A stretch of DNA of 64,000 nt, taken from Schmidtea nova (lineage: Eukaryota). A program made the position numbers and the translations under genes. Shown piece after piece: positions 11,990-26,700 of the stretch (positions are counted from its first letter, which is position 1; each line of letters opens with the position of its first letter). The notes under the pieces were generated by a model, which was given only the letters and a program-made list of their open reading frames with translations, made no database searches and was not told where the DNA came from. Location of the stretch: positions 247,380,001-247,444,000 of the forward strand of contig CM097882.1 of assembly GCA_044892505.1 (NCBI GenBank), given 5' to 3'.

Positions 11990-14181
11990 AAGACTAGTTT
12001 TGTTGTGTTATTTATACTAGTCATAACACGTGTGGAACCAATCAGAATCGTGCATGTGTCCTGTCCATGACATGCATGTGTTTTGTAAATGTATTTCTAA
12101 TATGTATTACACATTGATTAATTACAAATTGACTATAATTATTATAATTATTATTATTGTTATTACTAGAGGTTTACCCGTCCTAAGACGGGGCAGTTTT
12201 ATTTTTAAAAAATTGTTCTAATTTGAAAATATTTCTTTGTAAACAATGTTCTGAGTGTAATGGTTTGTATTGTTTTGAAGCCTTCCTTGGAGTTTGTTGG
12301 CCTTGATATGTACTATGAGATGTTGAGGATTCCTACATCTTGTTAGAGCGACATACAACTGGCCATGTGAAAAGACTGGCTCTTTGAGGTGAATACCTAC
12401 GTAATAAAAGGTTTGACTCCGGGATTTGTTGATCGTCATTGCGTACGCAGGAATTATGGGGAATTGACGTCGTTTGATAATGAATAGAAGCTTTATATCA
12501 CTCGGTGCCAAGTTTATTCGTGGAATGAAAACAACATCACCTCTATTGCATTCAGAAACAATCTCCACAGTTATAAAGTTCTTATTGAGTGATTTGATGA
12601 TTAAGTGGGTACCGTTGCATAAACCTTTCTTTGGGTTAAGATTGCGGAGAAGCATTACAATAACTCCCAATTTCACAGCAAGTCGATGTGGTGGCATCTT
12701 AGATGGTGTCTGTTGATGCAGAAATTCTGGTGGATAATTTTGTGCATCTGCTGGGTCGTCGGAAACAATTGAATCGACACTGTTGTAGACATGAAGCTCT
12801 CCAAATAGCTTTTCAATTATTTTGTAGTTCATCTCGAGCGTATCCATGTTTGTCGGTGCTAAAATAGCACGACTTACGATATCTTGTACAGAAATGTTAT
12901 TTATATCCTGGCCATAAATGGCATCGATTAAGTCATCGTCCAGTACAATTTGACTCGGTATTTCGATTGAGTTCCAAGGAAATCCGGGGATTTCTGGCAG
13001 ATATCCTGATCCAACATTCTGCAGCCAACGATTGTGCTCACTTTGACCTTGAATTGATTTGGTATCGTTTTTAAGTGGTTTCCTTTTAATTGGACTTGAT
13101 TTGCTGAAAGGATTTTGCATAAGACTAGTTTTGTTGTGTTATTTATACTAGTCATAACACGTGTGGAACCAATCAGAATCGTGCATGTGTCCTGTCCATG
13201 ACATGCATGTGTTTTGTAAATGTATTTCTAATATGTATTACACATTGATTAATTACAAATTGACTATAATTATTATAATTATTATTATTGTTATTACTAG
13301 AGGTTTACCCGTCCTAAGACGGGGCAGTTTTATTTTTAAAAAATTGTACTAATTTGAAAATATTTCTTTGTAAACAATGTTCTGAGTGTAATGGTTTGTA
13401 TTGTTTTGAAGCCTTCCTTGGAGTTTGTTGGCCTTGATATGTACTATGAGATGTTGAGGATTCCTACATCTTGTTAGAGCGACATACAACTGGCCATGTG
13501 AAAAGACTGGCTCTTTGAGGTGAATACCTACGTAATAAAAGGTTTGACTCCGGGATTTGTTGATCGTCATTGCGTACGCAGGAATTATGGGGAATTGACG
13601 TCGTTTGATAATGAATAGAAGCTTTATATCACTCGGTGCCAAGTTTATTCGTGGAATGAAAACAACATCACCTCTATTGCATTCAGAAACAATCTCCACA
13701 GTTATAAAGTTCTTATTGAGTGATTTGATGATTAAGTGGGTACCGTTGCATAAACCTTTCTTTGGGTTAAGATTGCGGAGAAGCATTACAATAACTCCCA
13801 ATTTCACAGCAAGTCGATGTGGTGGCATCTTAGATGGTGTCTGTTGATGCAGAAATTCTGGTGGATAATTTTGTGCATCTGCTGGGTCGTCGGAAACAAT
13901 TGAATCGACACTGTTGTAGACATGAAGCTCTCCAAATAGCTTTTCAATTATTTTGTAGTTCATCTCGAGCGTATCCATGTTTGTCGGTGCTAAAATAGCA
14001 CGACTTACGATATCTTGTACAGAAATGTTATTTATATCCTGGCCATAAATGGCATCGATTAAGTCATCGTCCAGTACAATTTGACTCGGTATTTCGATTG
14101 AGTTCCAAGGAAATCCGGGGATTTCTGGCAGATATCCTGATCCAACATTCTGCAGCCAACGATTGTGCTCACTTTGACCTT
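11918..14181. repeat. 1,131-bp tandem duplication (11918-13050 / 13049-14181) covering the Helitron 3' end plus flank
   Basis: Constant 1131 offset (CTAG 12166/13297; stops 12218/13349). TT microhomology at the junction. I saw one substitution. Confidence 0.9.
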
Positions 14182-17100
14182 CACTTCTCATGTTTTTTGC
14201 TAAAGTGAGTGTTGTGAAACACCTCAACAAATCGCTTGATTTAATGCAGCACTCGATGACATCAACGTGTGTTCCTCTTGGTACAACAGGTAAAGTCTGA
14301 CGAAAATCACCTCTTATCACAAATACTTTACCTCCAAATGGCTTTTCTGATTTCATTATTTCACGAAGCAAACGATCAATGCATCGTAAGCCGTGTTTTG
14401 TCAGCATTGTAATTTTATCAATTATTATCAAAAGACTTCGCGCCAAAAAGTTAGCACCAGGCAAGGTTAGCCGCATTGTTGAGATGGAAGTGTCAGTGAT
14501 TGGAACTGGAAGCTTAAATCCACTGTGAACTGTTCTTCCTTCTTTAAGCAATGTTGTCGCAATCCCTGTTGTAGCAAACGAAAGTGCAGTTCCACCTCGT
14601 CCACGAACAAATGAAAGTAAAGTTGAGTAAAGATAAGCTTTTTCGGACCCCCCTGGTCCATTCAAATAAAAACACAGATTAGGATTGTTGACGTTGTAAA
14701 TAGCAAAAGTGATTAGATTGAAGGCAGTAAGTTGCTGATTGTTTAATGATGCAATTTTGAACTCCGCGTCTTGTTTTTATGCAGCTTGATCGTATAAAGT
14801 TTTTTGAACGGGAATACCAGATGGTTTCGGCAAACCGAGTTGCGAGCATGATAAGCCGTGCTGAAGTAGAGTTGAGTTTATGTCATGCAATGCCATATTT
14901 GTAGCAGCTTCTGAGTTATGAAATCTGAGATAATCGATGACCATGTGTTGCTTGTGTTCATCCCAAAGTTGGACTATGTTCAGTGGCATACAAAAGCAAC
15001 AAATGAAAGCGAAAGTATGACGAAGTTAATTAGGCATCTGAAAAGTACCGGCTTCAGTCAAACAACGGTCCCATTCTATATCTGAATCCAATAAATGTCG
15101 TTGAAATGCAGCCGCTTTGAATGTTATGTAAATAACATTATCCACAGTTCACAACAATTCAAAACTTTGCGCCCCGGGAACATGTAACAATAACAACCTC
15201 AAGTAGAAACGTTCTTCATCTTTCATGATTACAAAATACATTCTTGACACTACATTGTTCCCCCTTCATTGTCGTTTTTGTCATCTGTTTTTGACGTATA
15301 CATATGAATAAGGTATATCCGTATAAAGCAGATTCCTCGTTGACTCATTTTCATTGTTCAAGAAGAACCAAGATTCTAGCTCTGTCTTTCCACTGCTTGC
15401 TGCTTCTAATGCTTCTATTTCTCGTCCTTCTTCAAATAAAATTATTTATTGGTGTGGTAAATGAACCGCCAATCTCACAACGGTGTGTGAACGATCATGC
15501 ATTGGTGACTCAAGAAAGCGCCACATTGCTTCAGGTGCGCTAACATAGCGTGCATCAATGAAATTTGCAACTTTGTCGTGTTTAAGCTGTCGATTCTCTC
15601 CTACTGTGATGATCATATTGGCACAGTCAAATCCTTTGTAAATATATTTGTAAATGTATTTGACCGCACGAAGCGATGTGCAAACTTCAATATTTATATG
15701 TGCTTCGTACTTGAGCAGAAGATAGGGATTATATGGAACCACATATCTATTATCCATTGGTTTTGCTCACACCACCACAATTAGTCCCTGACGACGCCTA
15801 TAAAGTGGATATCCATCGACGTTGTGTGATGTTTGTTCATGGAATTGTTTGGGGAACTGTTTTTTACATTTTCCATCTTCCATACATGGAGCAAGAGTAT
15901 TTGAAATGCCACACGGTCCATGAATCATACATCTCGTAACAATTTCATGAAGTCGTGGATGCGTTGTAACATCGGGTATTTCTGCACACACTACTTCATC
16001 GATCCTTTCTGAACTTGTCAATTTATCGTCTGCTTGTAGCGTGACTAAAATAAGTGCATGTGGCAAGCCTCGCTTTTGAAACTCAATTGGATAAACAAAT
16101 GCCACTGCTTTTCCCAACACTCCAAGTACTGTTACATCATGCAAGAAAGACTTAAGCTTAATTTTGAATATTCTTGCCATTAAATCTGGTCTATCGGTTG
16201 CCTGTTTGCCTCGTTGTAAATTTTCGGTAATTTCAACACATTTAGGGTTTGCTGTGACGGTGATGAATGGATCCGGAGCACCCAACTTTCCGAATATTGA
16301 TATCGCATCTGCACATCTTTCTGTCATGTTTCTTGGTGAACCTTCAAAAGTTGATGGGAGAATTAACGGAACTCCAGCTTGAACTCCAAGGTGAATTACT
16401 TGATTTTCTATACGATCGGCAAGCCCTTGAAATAACTCAACGCGGAGTTTACTTTGATGTTGCCTTATGAAGTTCAAATGATTTGCATCAACTTGGAGAT
16501 AAGTATCAACAATCCATTGTTGAGACAGTTTTCCAGCACTGATTGGAGGATTAAAGTCATTACGAATAGCTGTTTGCACTGCCACGTACTGCAACTTGGT
16601 TACTGATGTTCGTGTTCTATTGATTTGTGCTCCTGCATAAAAAGCGCACTGCCAGTTTGGCTGCCAACCAGGTTCTCCGTAAGGACAGAACAAAGGATAC
16701 GCCATAGGTTCTAAATTTGCCTAAGAATGTTGATGTTAACAAATTGTTGTTGAGGCAGGATGGGAATTTTTATATAAATTCTGATATCACATTTAAAAGA
16801 AGGTTCTCCATCGCTGTTAACAAAAATCATTGCGATTTCTTTTGAATTTGGGGTATTGTAGCGTCTCTGATCTGAACGGTGATCACGGTGAAACACCATA
16901 TTTACCATAGATCTCTGGCCACCATTTTGCAATGTAGATGCTTATACTTCTCTCCACATTTGATAAGTGTGACAAAGTCGATTGTGCTGTCTAAACCACC
17001 GATCAATATCATCCATAATCGAAGAGTGATAGAGTGAGTTTGCTGGATGACTCATTCAAATTTCGGTAGCTTGCGTACTATCAACTACATAAAGTTGTGC

Positions 17101-18100
17101 GTACTGCGCAGTTTGGTTTGTTACTGGATGATAGTGACTTGTACGGTGATAGATTTGCCCATGAACTTTAAAAACATGTGGTCCATTGGAATGAAAATCC
17201 ACTACTTTTGCACCCATTGATGCAAAAGATAATGCACTGTTATAGAAACGGATGTTATCTCTAAAGTGTCAAAAGTCAGGATGGTCTGGGTCAGATAATA
17301 GTCGACGCAACATGTTGAGGTACTCCAAAACTCTTCCATTTATATCAATCGGCTTTTCCAACTTTAATTTGCCTTTTCTACAGCAACTGGTAAACTTCCC
17401 ATCTGATGGACGTTCCGATAAGAAATTTTTTGAGTGACAAAATTCACATATAACAGTCAACGGTCCACAATAATGCCTCAACACATCAGAATCATTCGGA
17501 AGATGTCGAGGTCCAGTTTATGAATGAGCATACGATAATCGTCAAGCAATATATCGCTCTTGTGACTGTGAATTTGCAATACGCAAAGCCTGAACTTGTT
17601 CTTGCTGTACATCAGTTCCAATATTAAAATTTTCACGCATGCGCGCTCTGTAGCGGCTTAAACGCATTCTATTTAATCGATGTTTCTTTTCTAAAGGACT
17701 TTCACTATTTTCTGCACCATCCAGAGTATGAATTTTTGATAAACTTTCTCGAATAGAAGATTGTAGTTGGTGATCTTTTGGCTCTACTGTCGATTGTTGA
17801 ACCTGATCTATGTCAAAAGCTGCTCTAGAATTCGGACTTAAACGTGCTCGGTAACGTCTTACACGCTCTCTGTTTTGTCGAAGTTTTTTCTCTAACCGAT
17901 CCTTTTCCATTATCACCATAAAACAGAAGAAACTAAGTTTACTAAATGAGCGAAGATTTAGTGAATCTCAAAAAGGCGAACTAAATCCATCGATCAAAAA
18001 AGCACAATCAAACAAACAAAATACAAAACGATGAATGAAAAATAAATTAGCAATCAATTAAAAATTACTCGCATATTCTAACAGCAATGATTAAGGATAA
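13297..18100 (-). mobile_element. Helitron (formerly autonomous, now decayed); 5' end unresolved near the gap
   Basis: RepHel fragments, plus a canonical 3' end on the minus strand: hairpin CCCGTC-TTAG-GACGGG (13308-13323), 7 nt, CTAG (13297-13300), then T. Confidence 0.92.
13349..17919 (-). pseudogene. Helitron RepHel (HUH Rep + PIF1-family SF1 helicase), fragmented
   Basis: N-terminal CxxC..CCRKGK zinc region. Rep motifs FITVTANP, EFQKRGLPH and YIYKYIYKG. Helicase motifs: degenerate Walker A GPGGSEK, LLIIID, GDFRQTLPV, YAMTINKS, HGQLYVALTR. Multiple stops and frameshifts. Confidence 0.93.
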
Positions 18101-19679
18101 AAACTGGACGTTCAATTATTAGTTGAGTAAACATAGATACAATAAAAGTAAAAAGATGTCAAATTCATTGATAATAAAAAANNNNNNNNNNNNNNNNNNN
18201 NNNNNNNNNNNNNNNNNNNNNNNNNNNNNNNNNNNNNNNNNNNNNNNNNNNNNNNNNNNNNNNNNNNNNNNNNNNNNNNNNNNNNNNNNNNNNNNNNNNN
18301 NNNNNNNNNNNNNNNNNNNNNNNNNNNNNNNNNNNNNNAGTTTTCTTTTTAGCATATAATCATTTTGCATTACTTTTATTGTATATACGTAATGCAGCAT
18401 TACAGCAGCATTACTCAGTATTTCATTATTATATATTATTAATATTATTATTATTAAATTATTATTATTATTATTATTACTAATATTACTTTCCATTATT
18501 ATTATTATTTTCCATTATTATTATTTTCAATAAATATTCAAAACTATCAACATTTTATAAAATATAATTTAACAAAATAAAAAGACATTTTAACTACAAA
18601 ACATTTATTGACCTAAACATTTTCTTAGCTCCTCTTGGAGCAACCATTTGTGATATTTCTGAGTCATATAGACGCAACCTTCGCATCTATAAGCACAGAT
18701 AATACTGGCGCTGCATTCTTCTTCTTCCAGATTATGATTATGGTCGATCAAAACCTTGTTGAGATCGATTCCACTTAATGCCAATATTTTGTATGGCAGG
18801 AGCTCTGGAGCGCAGTAAACCAATTCGCGCATCAGTTTCGGATACAGGTCCTCCATTCTTTCAATCAGAACGCTTATAAGTTTTTCTAAAAAAAAAGAAA
18901 GCATTATTAAAAATTTCAAAATAAAAATCAATCCTTACCATCAGTTTTATTAAGAGACATCTATTTTGCTGTTGTTATAAATGTAATGAAAATGATGATG
19001 TTATTTATACTGTTAAATCGTACATACCGTCATGCAAGTATTTCTTTTATAACAACCAACCAAAATCATGTATTTTATTACGTAATTAGTAACAGAAATT
19101 TCAAGAATTCTAAGTCTTCAATGACTGATTTAATATCATTAATGATTTCTTCAACGAAAACATGATAGTTTACAGTTTTTAGACCGAGTGTAACAACTTT
19201 TGCCACTGTTGAATAAGTTGACGCATAAAGGATTGTACTTTATATATCTCAATGCCGGGAATATTTCTGGCTCATAATAACATGAGAGATTTTAAGACAA
19301 TTCATGTAAATTGAGACCTTTTCTAATATCTGTATTAACTGTAATTGATTGTATTTACAAATCACTTATTTCGTATAATAAATCTTCGGCTTTAAGAGTC
19401 TGTTTAGATACCATTATTCTACATTTCATTGACTTGAAAAATATAATTGGATACTTTCCACTCCTATCTACAATTTGTTGAGGTTTACCTTTCAGAAATT
19501 TTATATGAGAAACACAGCATTTGTCTTTGTAATTGATGTTTTTTAACATTATTCGAATGATTATTTTTTAAATATATTTCTTAAAAGTAAATGAATGAAT
19601 TTAAACAAATATAAACAATATCGATAAACAATTAATAATTGAAAATTAAATTAAGAAATGATGCAGTTTATCAAATTTT

Positions 19680-20230
19680 TTAACAAAGTGGAAGTGGAAA
19701 AACATTATTTGTTTGTAAATTATTACAATCAAAATTATTCAAATCAAAGTTTAACAAAGTTTATTGGTATAGGGGAGCTGATGATGAACATGGAATGACT
19801 CAAGATCAATTCTGTAAGATTAAAATTACAATAATAAAGGGATTTGATAAAGACTGGTCGTCTAGAAAACGAAATGGAGATGTGATTATTATCGATGATT
19901 TGTATCAAGAAGCAAATAAAGAGAAGGATTTCAATAATTTATTTACAAAATTTGCTAGACACAAAGGTGTTACAGTTATTTTTATTACTCAGAATTTATT
20001 TCATCAGGGTGGCGATCATCGAATTCGGAATTTATATGTTAAATATCTAGTTATTTTTAAAAATCCTAGTTATTGATTTTCTTGCAAGACAGGCTTACCC
20101 TTATAATCGTAATTTCTTGACCAATGCATTTCAAGATGCAATACAATTCCCAAATGGTTATAATTTTCTTGACTTTACTCAACAATTTAGTGATGAATTA
20201 CGGGTTTGAACTGATATTTTAAACAAAGAA
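19680..20230 (+). pseudogene. Polinton A32-like packaging ATPase remnant
   Basis: Walker A GSGKT at 19690-19704; IIIDDL..LFTK..VIFITQNLF..YLVIFKNP in ORF 19795-20076. Confidence 0.85.
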
Positions 20231-20544
20231 TGAGCCATCGTTTATAAACAAAGTCAAAAATCGTGTTTGAAATTAATCTTGAAACTTAAAGAACGTGCCA
20301 AACAACCAAAGTTATCTAAACTTAGAAAAGTTCTTAAAAAGAATCGTGAAACATTAATTCCTTCTAAAATTAGTTTCACACTACGTAAGACATTAATCAC
20401 CGAAATTTTTCCGATAATGAATTTTATTTCACACAATTCAAAACCAAAAACGTCAAAGGCTCTAAAGGAATCTGCAAGTTAAAAATCTAAAAATTATCGC
20501 AGTTTTCCGTTTTTTAATGCATTACTCAAGGCTCCAATCATTAG

Positions 20545-20660
20545 AACATTACGTGACGTTTTGGAGCGACCAATTTGGCGCGACCATTTTGGCGCAGGAC
20601 ATTTTGGCGCAGGACATTTTGGTGCAGAGCCGTTTTGGCGCCGGACATTTTGCCACACAG
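20545..20660 (+). repeat. Short array of 15-bp ATTTTGGCGCAGGAC-like units
   Basis: About 6 degenerate copies. No matching inverted arm was found. Confidence 0.7.
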
Positions 20661-20737
20661 ATTTTTCAATAACTTTAAATAAAATTTTAGTTACTTTAAA
20701 TTTCAAATATTAACAAGAGATATAAATATATTTTAAC

Positions 20738-21560
20738 ATGTATCGATGTTTTCAATAGATTTGTTAGTATTATTCCTACCAAAACTAAATCAGCAAATGA
20801 AAAAGCTTTTGCAATCAAAACTATGTTTAAGTCCGGTCGTCCAAAGAATTTACAAACTGATTTGGGTAGAGATATATATTAATATTTTAAACATTTTAAA
20901 TTACTATTTAGGTGAAGAATATTTTAATTTAATATATTAATATTTTAAACATTTTAAATAACTATTTAGGTAAAGAATTTTACAATAGTAAAGTTAAAGA
21001 AGTTTTGGCCGGGATTAATCATTACTCTGTGTTTTCTCAATTCAAAGCAGCCTACGTTGAACGATTTAATCGTACATAAAGAGATTGATTGAAAAATTAT
21101 TTTGTACATCAAGGTAATAAAACATGGATTAATGTACTGCCAAAAATAATACATAGTTATAATCATTCGTCATATAAAGGTATAAATGGATTAAGATCTG
21201 TTGATGTTTCAACGAAAAATAATGGATCTCGTAAATTAACAACTAGTATAAATAAACCGAAATAACAAATTGGTGATCATGTTTGAATTAGTAAGATTAG
21301 CGCTTCGCCATTCTTCAAAGATTTTAATAGTGATTGGTGTGATGAGGTATTTCAGATCTCAAAAATTAATACTAGCCAAGATCCTGCCATGTATGTTATT
21401 TCTGACTCTAACAATAATGTAGTTAGTGGGAAATTTTACGAGCAAGAATTACAAGTTATTCCCCTGCCAGCTGTATTTAGAATTCAAAAAACATTAAAAA
21501 CTAAAATAGTGGATAAGGATAAACAATACTACGTAAAGTGGCATGGATATCAAAACCCGT
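20738..21560 (+). pseudogene. Polinton rve integrase with C-terminal chromodomain, disrupted
   Basis: Manual translation gives CIDVFNRF, LQTDLGRE, KAAYVERFNRT and QYYVKWHGY. It contains a small internal tandem duplication and stops. Confidence 0.85.
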
Positions 21561-21589
21561 AATTGTTATCATCAAAAGACTTAGTAAAG

Positions 21590-21762
21590 TGAATTGTTAT
21601 ATTATATTACCAAGTAATAGCTGTCCACTGATACATCCAGATAACCAAGCCAGTAAATTCATGGTCAATCTTCAAAATCCAAATTATTTAGATGGTAATT
21701 GTGAAGTTGCATTACAAGATTTCACGTTTATGTACAAAACATTTCCATTTTATAGTCAATGA
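21590..21762 (+). pseudogene. N-terminal fragment of a Polinton minor capsid (penton)-like protein
   Basis: YIILPSNS..HPDN..SKF.VNL..P.YLDGNCEVALQD resembles the conserved N-terminus of Polinton minor capsid proteins. Confidence 0.65.
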
Positions 21763-23087
21763 GTAGGGGATAGTGAGTGATCTAGCACAAGCCATTTATC
21801 CCTGAACTGTGTATATTACGAAATAATTATACAGTTTATCATCACCAAAATTATGTAATGTTTTATGTACTACGTGATCATCGTGTAATACTTGATTTGT
21901 TACGTAATACTTATATACTACATAACCATTATATAACCATTATATACTACTTTATTGATTACGTAATTGTTACTTAATCAGTACATGATTATGTTAAGAT
22001 TTACTCGTTACGTAATTTCATAAAAACCTTTTAAAAATTATTTACTCACTTATTTTTACGCAATTGATGATGTAGCACTGAAATTTATTATTTTTATTTA
22101 TTTTTTTATAAATTTTACAAAAAATATTAAATAAATTAATTTTTTTAACATTTTTTCCAAAACTTTCAAAAATTCTCAGATTTTAATAATTTTTATTCCA
22201 ATCTACTGAGAATTCAATGGCGAAGAAAAAAGGGTCAAAAACTAAAAACATGAAAAATGGTCTTCTCTGATAAATTTAACATGAAAAAACCTTACTTGGT
22301 TAAAAATGGTTAAAAGTCAAGAACCTTTGCATATAAATAATCAAAATTTAACGCTCAACAATAAAAAGTAATTTTAACTAGAAAAACAACAAAAACACAA
22401 AGTATTTTAAAAAGTAAAACTTTATTTAAATAAATCTTCTCATCGTCAAGCAAATTGTTCTTCAGATTCAACAGCATCTTCACGCACCCCCATAACCACA
22501 TCAATTCCCTTATAATGTCCATAAGCCAGACTAACATTTTTTCCCACCCAAAGTCTTTTGTCGTCAAGATTAGTCAAGGAAATCTTAGAAGATTTATTAG
22601 TAAAGAGTTGATGATTCTTACTAACAATTCTCGACTGATATACAGAAACTATTGAATTATTATTATAACAATCCAGATACGACTGATGATTCAGTTTAGT
22701 ATCCTTCAATGTTATACCCTTAGCCTTAATGGAATCTTCATCACCTAAAAGACTGTAACACTTTGGCCTAAGAAACACCCACTCATTATACTTGAATCCT
22801 TTATTCTCGTCTTTGAATTTATCAATGACGGAATCTAGGTTTTTCGAGTACAAGGTATGATTTGGGTATTAATTCGAAGTATCTAATAACCTATCCCTAA
22901 CCATAGCAGACAAAAGAATATCCAACTTACGTGGTGCGCCCAATAAGTCATGAGGCTAATATAGAAATAATAATAGTAAAAGAATTGATACAGGCATATT
23001 TAAACTTCAATATATATAGGTAAAGAAAATGTTTTTTGTTTTAATAATCCATTATTGTTTAAGTATATTTTTGCTAACATTCGAAAA

Positions 23088-23790
23088 ATGCCTCTGGAAA
23101 CTATTCAATACCGTAGCGTTGTTCGCTTTCTCTTTCTGAAAGGAAAAAATAGAGAAGAGATTCTTTCTGAACTGAAAGCTGTTTACCAACAAGAGTGCCC
23201 ATCCACAGCAACAATTTATCGTTGGTTCAATTACTTTCAGAGTGGTAGAACCTCCGTTTTGAACGAAGAAAGATCTGGAAGACCCTCAGAAATTGATGGA
23301 AAAATAACGCAAAAGCTGCAGACAATCGTGCTAAACGAGAGAAAAATAACGACGAGAGAGCTTACAACCCGTCTAAACGTGAGCAAAGGCACTGTGCATA
23401 TTCTCCTCACTGAAAGTGGTATTTGAAAACTATGTACCCGTTTTGTGCCACTCTTCTTAACGGTGGAAATGCAACAACCACGCTTGGAATGCTGCTTGGA
23501 AAATCTGCAGATCAGGACCAATGTTGGAGACCGTTTCATTGATAATATCATCACTGTGAACGAGACACCGTTGTCCCTTTATGTCCCCGAATCTAAAAGA
23601 GAGTCTCAAGAATGGAAACTTCCAGGAAAAAACAGCTCACTGAAAATGCGGTCCTAAACCTGCCACCGAAAGGCTCTCATGCTGACAGTGTTTTGGGATG
23701 CCAATGGCATTATTCTGACTGACTTTGCTTAATCCGACGTGAAGATCAATAGTTCTTACATCGTGCAAAAACATCATATGCAAATGCGGT
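23088..23790 (+). pseudogene. Mariner transposase, truncated and disrupted
   Basis: HTH region YRSVVRFLFLKGK..TIYRWF..GRTSV..EERSGRP; degenerate catalytic ITVNET; MLTVFWDANGII. Confidence 0.88.
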
Positions 23791-23799
23791 TCGAGAACG

Positions 23800-26700
23800 A
23801 AATACTCAATGGGAGCATAAAAACAAACCAAAAGCAATAGTTCAAAATAACAGAGTATTTGAATCAAACCATCAGCAAAATATAACATATCAAGATAAGC
23901 TATTTAATAGTAGTAAACCTATATCAGAAGATCAGAGAGACAGAAAAACGAATGAATATGAAGAAAGAAGACAATTACCAACCATATCGATGAAGCATAT
24001 TGCAAGGAGACTTTATAATAAATGTTGTGGATTGCCAGAGCCGAAAGAAGAGAAGTTGAAACCAGGCCAGTGCTTCTGTTGCAGGGAGAGCAATCATTTA
24101 CGATTTCAGTGTCCTTTGAAAGATAGATGCTTGATTTGTGGCAAAACCGGACACACGTTTAGAGAGCTATGTGATTAAGAAGAATCTCGAAAGGAAACAA
24201 CACCAAGTATACTGTATACACGATGAAGAACAAGATGATTCAGAAATAATCAATGAACCCCTTTTACATGATGTAGATTATCTCAAAAACCAACTCGACC
24301 CTATCGTACACATTTCGTCGGTGAAGTCGAGTCAATAGAACAATCAAGAAATCGAAATGGAGTTATGAAGGATGTGATGTATATGAAGGAAGATGGTAGG
24401 AATTGCAGTAGAATTATTCTAGAAGTAGAAGTTGATATGTTGTGGGATTCGGGTGCGTCAATTAGCGTAATAAGTGAAGATTATTGGAAACGTATTGGCT
24501 GTCCACCATTGATAAGTAGCGTTATTAGAAGATGCCAGAGTCCTTGGAATTCACATTTAGTGATTGTTAGAAAGAAGGATGGTTCGATCCGCATGTGTTT
24601 GAAATTTCGAAGATTGAATTCAGTAACGGGAAAATTTTAGTTTCCAATGCCCGATATGCAGTTATTACTGTATTGTTTAAGTAAATCGAAGATATTTACA
24701 GCAATTGATCTAGGACAAGCGTACTACCAAGTCGAATTGCAGAAGGATTCACAAAATAAGACGGCGTTTAGTACTAAGGAAGAACAATTCTGTTTAAATC
24801 GTCTACCATTTGGGTTATCGACGGCACCAGCAACTTTTCAAAGATTAATGTATAAAATACTGGAAGGGCTTATTTTCAAAGGAGTTGTTGTATATCTGGA
24901 TGATATACTAGTTTACGCAGAAAATCAAATTGATCACGGTAAAGTGTTGTTGGAGGTATTAACATGAATAAGAAACACAGGCTTGAAAATTAACCCGGAA
25001 AAGTGCTCGTTCAATAAGGCGGAAATCAACTTTATTGGCCATACAGTCAGTGGTGAAGGTGTTCAGACAAATAAAAAAATAAGCGAAATTGAAAATGCAG
25101 CAGTTCCAGAATGTGTATCACAACTCAGGGTGTTTTTAGGACTCACAAACTATTAATGTCGATTTATAAAAAATTATGCAAAGATTGCAGCACCGTTATA
25201 CGCAGCAACATCCGGTGATGAAAAGAAAGTTATATGGTCAGAAGAATGTAACATTAGTTTTAATAACTTAAAGAAGGCGTTATGTGAAGCACCGATTTTA
25301 GAATTTCCGAGATCAGATCGAAAGTTTATCATTGATACAGATGCAAGTTTCGGAGCTGTAGGAGCAGTATTAAGCCAGATTAATGAAGAAGGCAGGGAAG
25401 TTGTCATAGCATACGCATCAAGACATCTTCAGGCTAACGAAATGGGTTATTGTGTAACAAGAAAAGAATTATTAGCACTCCATGAGTTCATTGTATTTTT
25501 TCAAACAGTATTTATATGGTAAAGAATTCGTTGCAAGAACCGATCACAAAGCTTTAACTTTCATGAAAGACACAAAGAAGCCAATTAGCCCTCAATTTCT
25601 AACTTGGATGACTAATTTGTCGGAGTATAATTTCGAGTTACAGTACAGAAAAGGAGAAGATCATGGAAATGCTGATGGCTTATCTAGAATAAAAAATAAC
25701 TTGTGCAGTCAATGCCAAGCGAAACATAATGACGCAAAAGAAAAAAAATCGAAGATAAGATATATAAATAGTTTACAAGAAAATCCAAATATTCTAGAAA
25801 TTATCAGATTTAAGCAAATGGAAGACGCAAATTTAAGAGAACTTATAAAATATTTGAAAGATAAGATTGGTCAGGTTCCAAACTTTGTGGAACAAAGTTA
25901 TTTTTTCAAACATATAAAAGAACGTATAAAAGAACTGCAGATAAACGAAGGGTTGTTATCAATTGAAATAACTAACAAAATAGTTGTTATAGTTCCAGAG
26001 AATTACACGGAAACATTGGTTAATTTTATGCATAAGGAATTATGTCATTTAGGTAGCAAGAAAACGGGAAGTTATATGAAAGATTTTTTATTGGCCTAAT
26101 ATGAATCAGGATATCAAAGAGATTATCAATAAATGCCAAATTTGTGCCAAGAGGAAAATAAAATAAGGAAGAACAAAGGAGATTTTATTACCAAGAACAG
26201 GGGAACGATTTCTTCAGCAGATCGTTGTTGACGTTGCGTATATGGAAAAGACGAAAGGGAATAAGAAATATGTGATTGCAATTATAGATAGATTTAGTAA
26301 ACTTGCAAGTTTAATGGCAACTTTAAAACAAGAAGAAAACACAATCGTTAATGTAATTTTGAATAACTGGATATACCGATATGGAAAGCCAGAAAGCATA
26401 CTGACAGATAAAGGTCGGGTTTTTGAAGGAACAATAATTCGAGAATGGATGAACAAGTTTGGGATAAAGCAAGAGTTTAGTTCACCTTACCAACATCAAT
26501 CTAATGGTTTGGCAGAACTTACTATAAGAACAGTTAGAGATATGATGAGTACATCTTTGAAAGGAGAACGTAATGAGAATAACTGGGCCGAGATATTACC
26601 GAGAATTGAATTTTGTCTCAATGCTACGAAACAAAGTACAACAAATTTCTCACCTTTTGAAATAGCCTACGATAAGAAAATTAATTTGTTTTCTAGTCCA

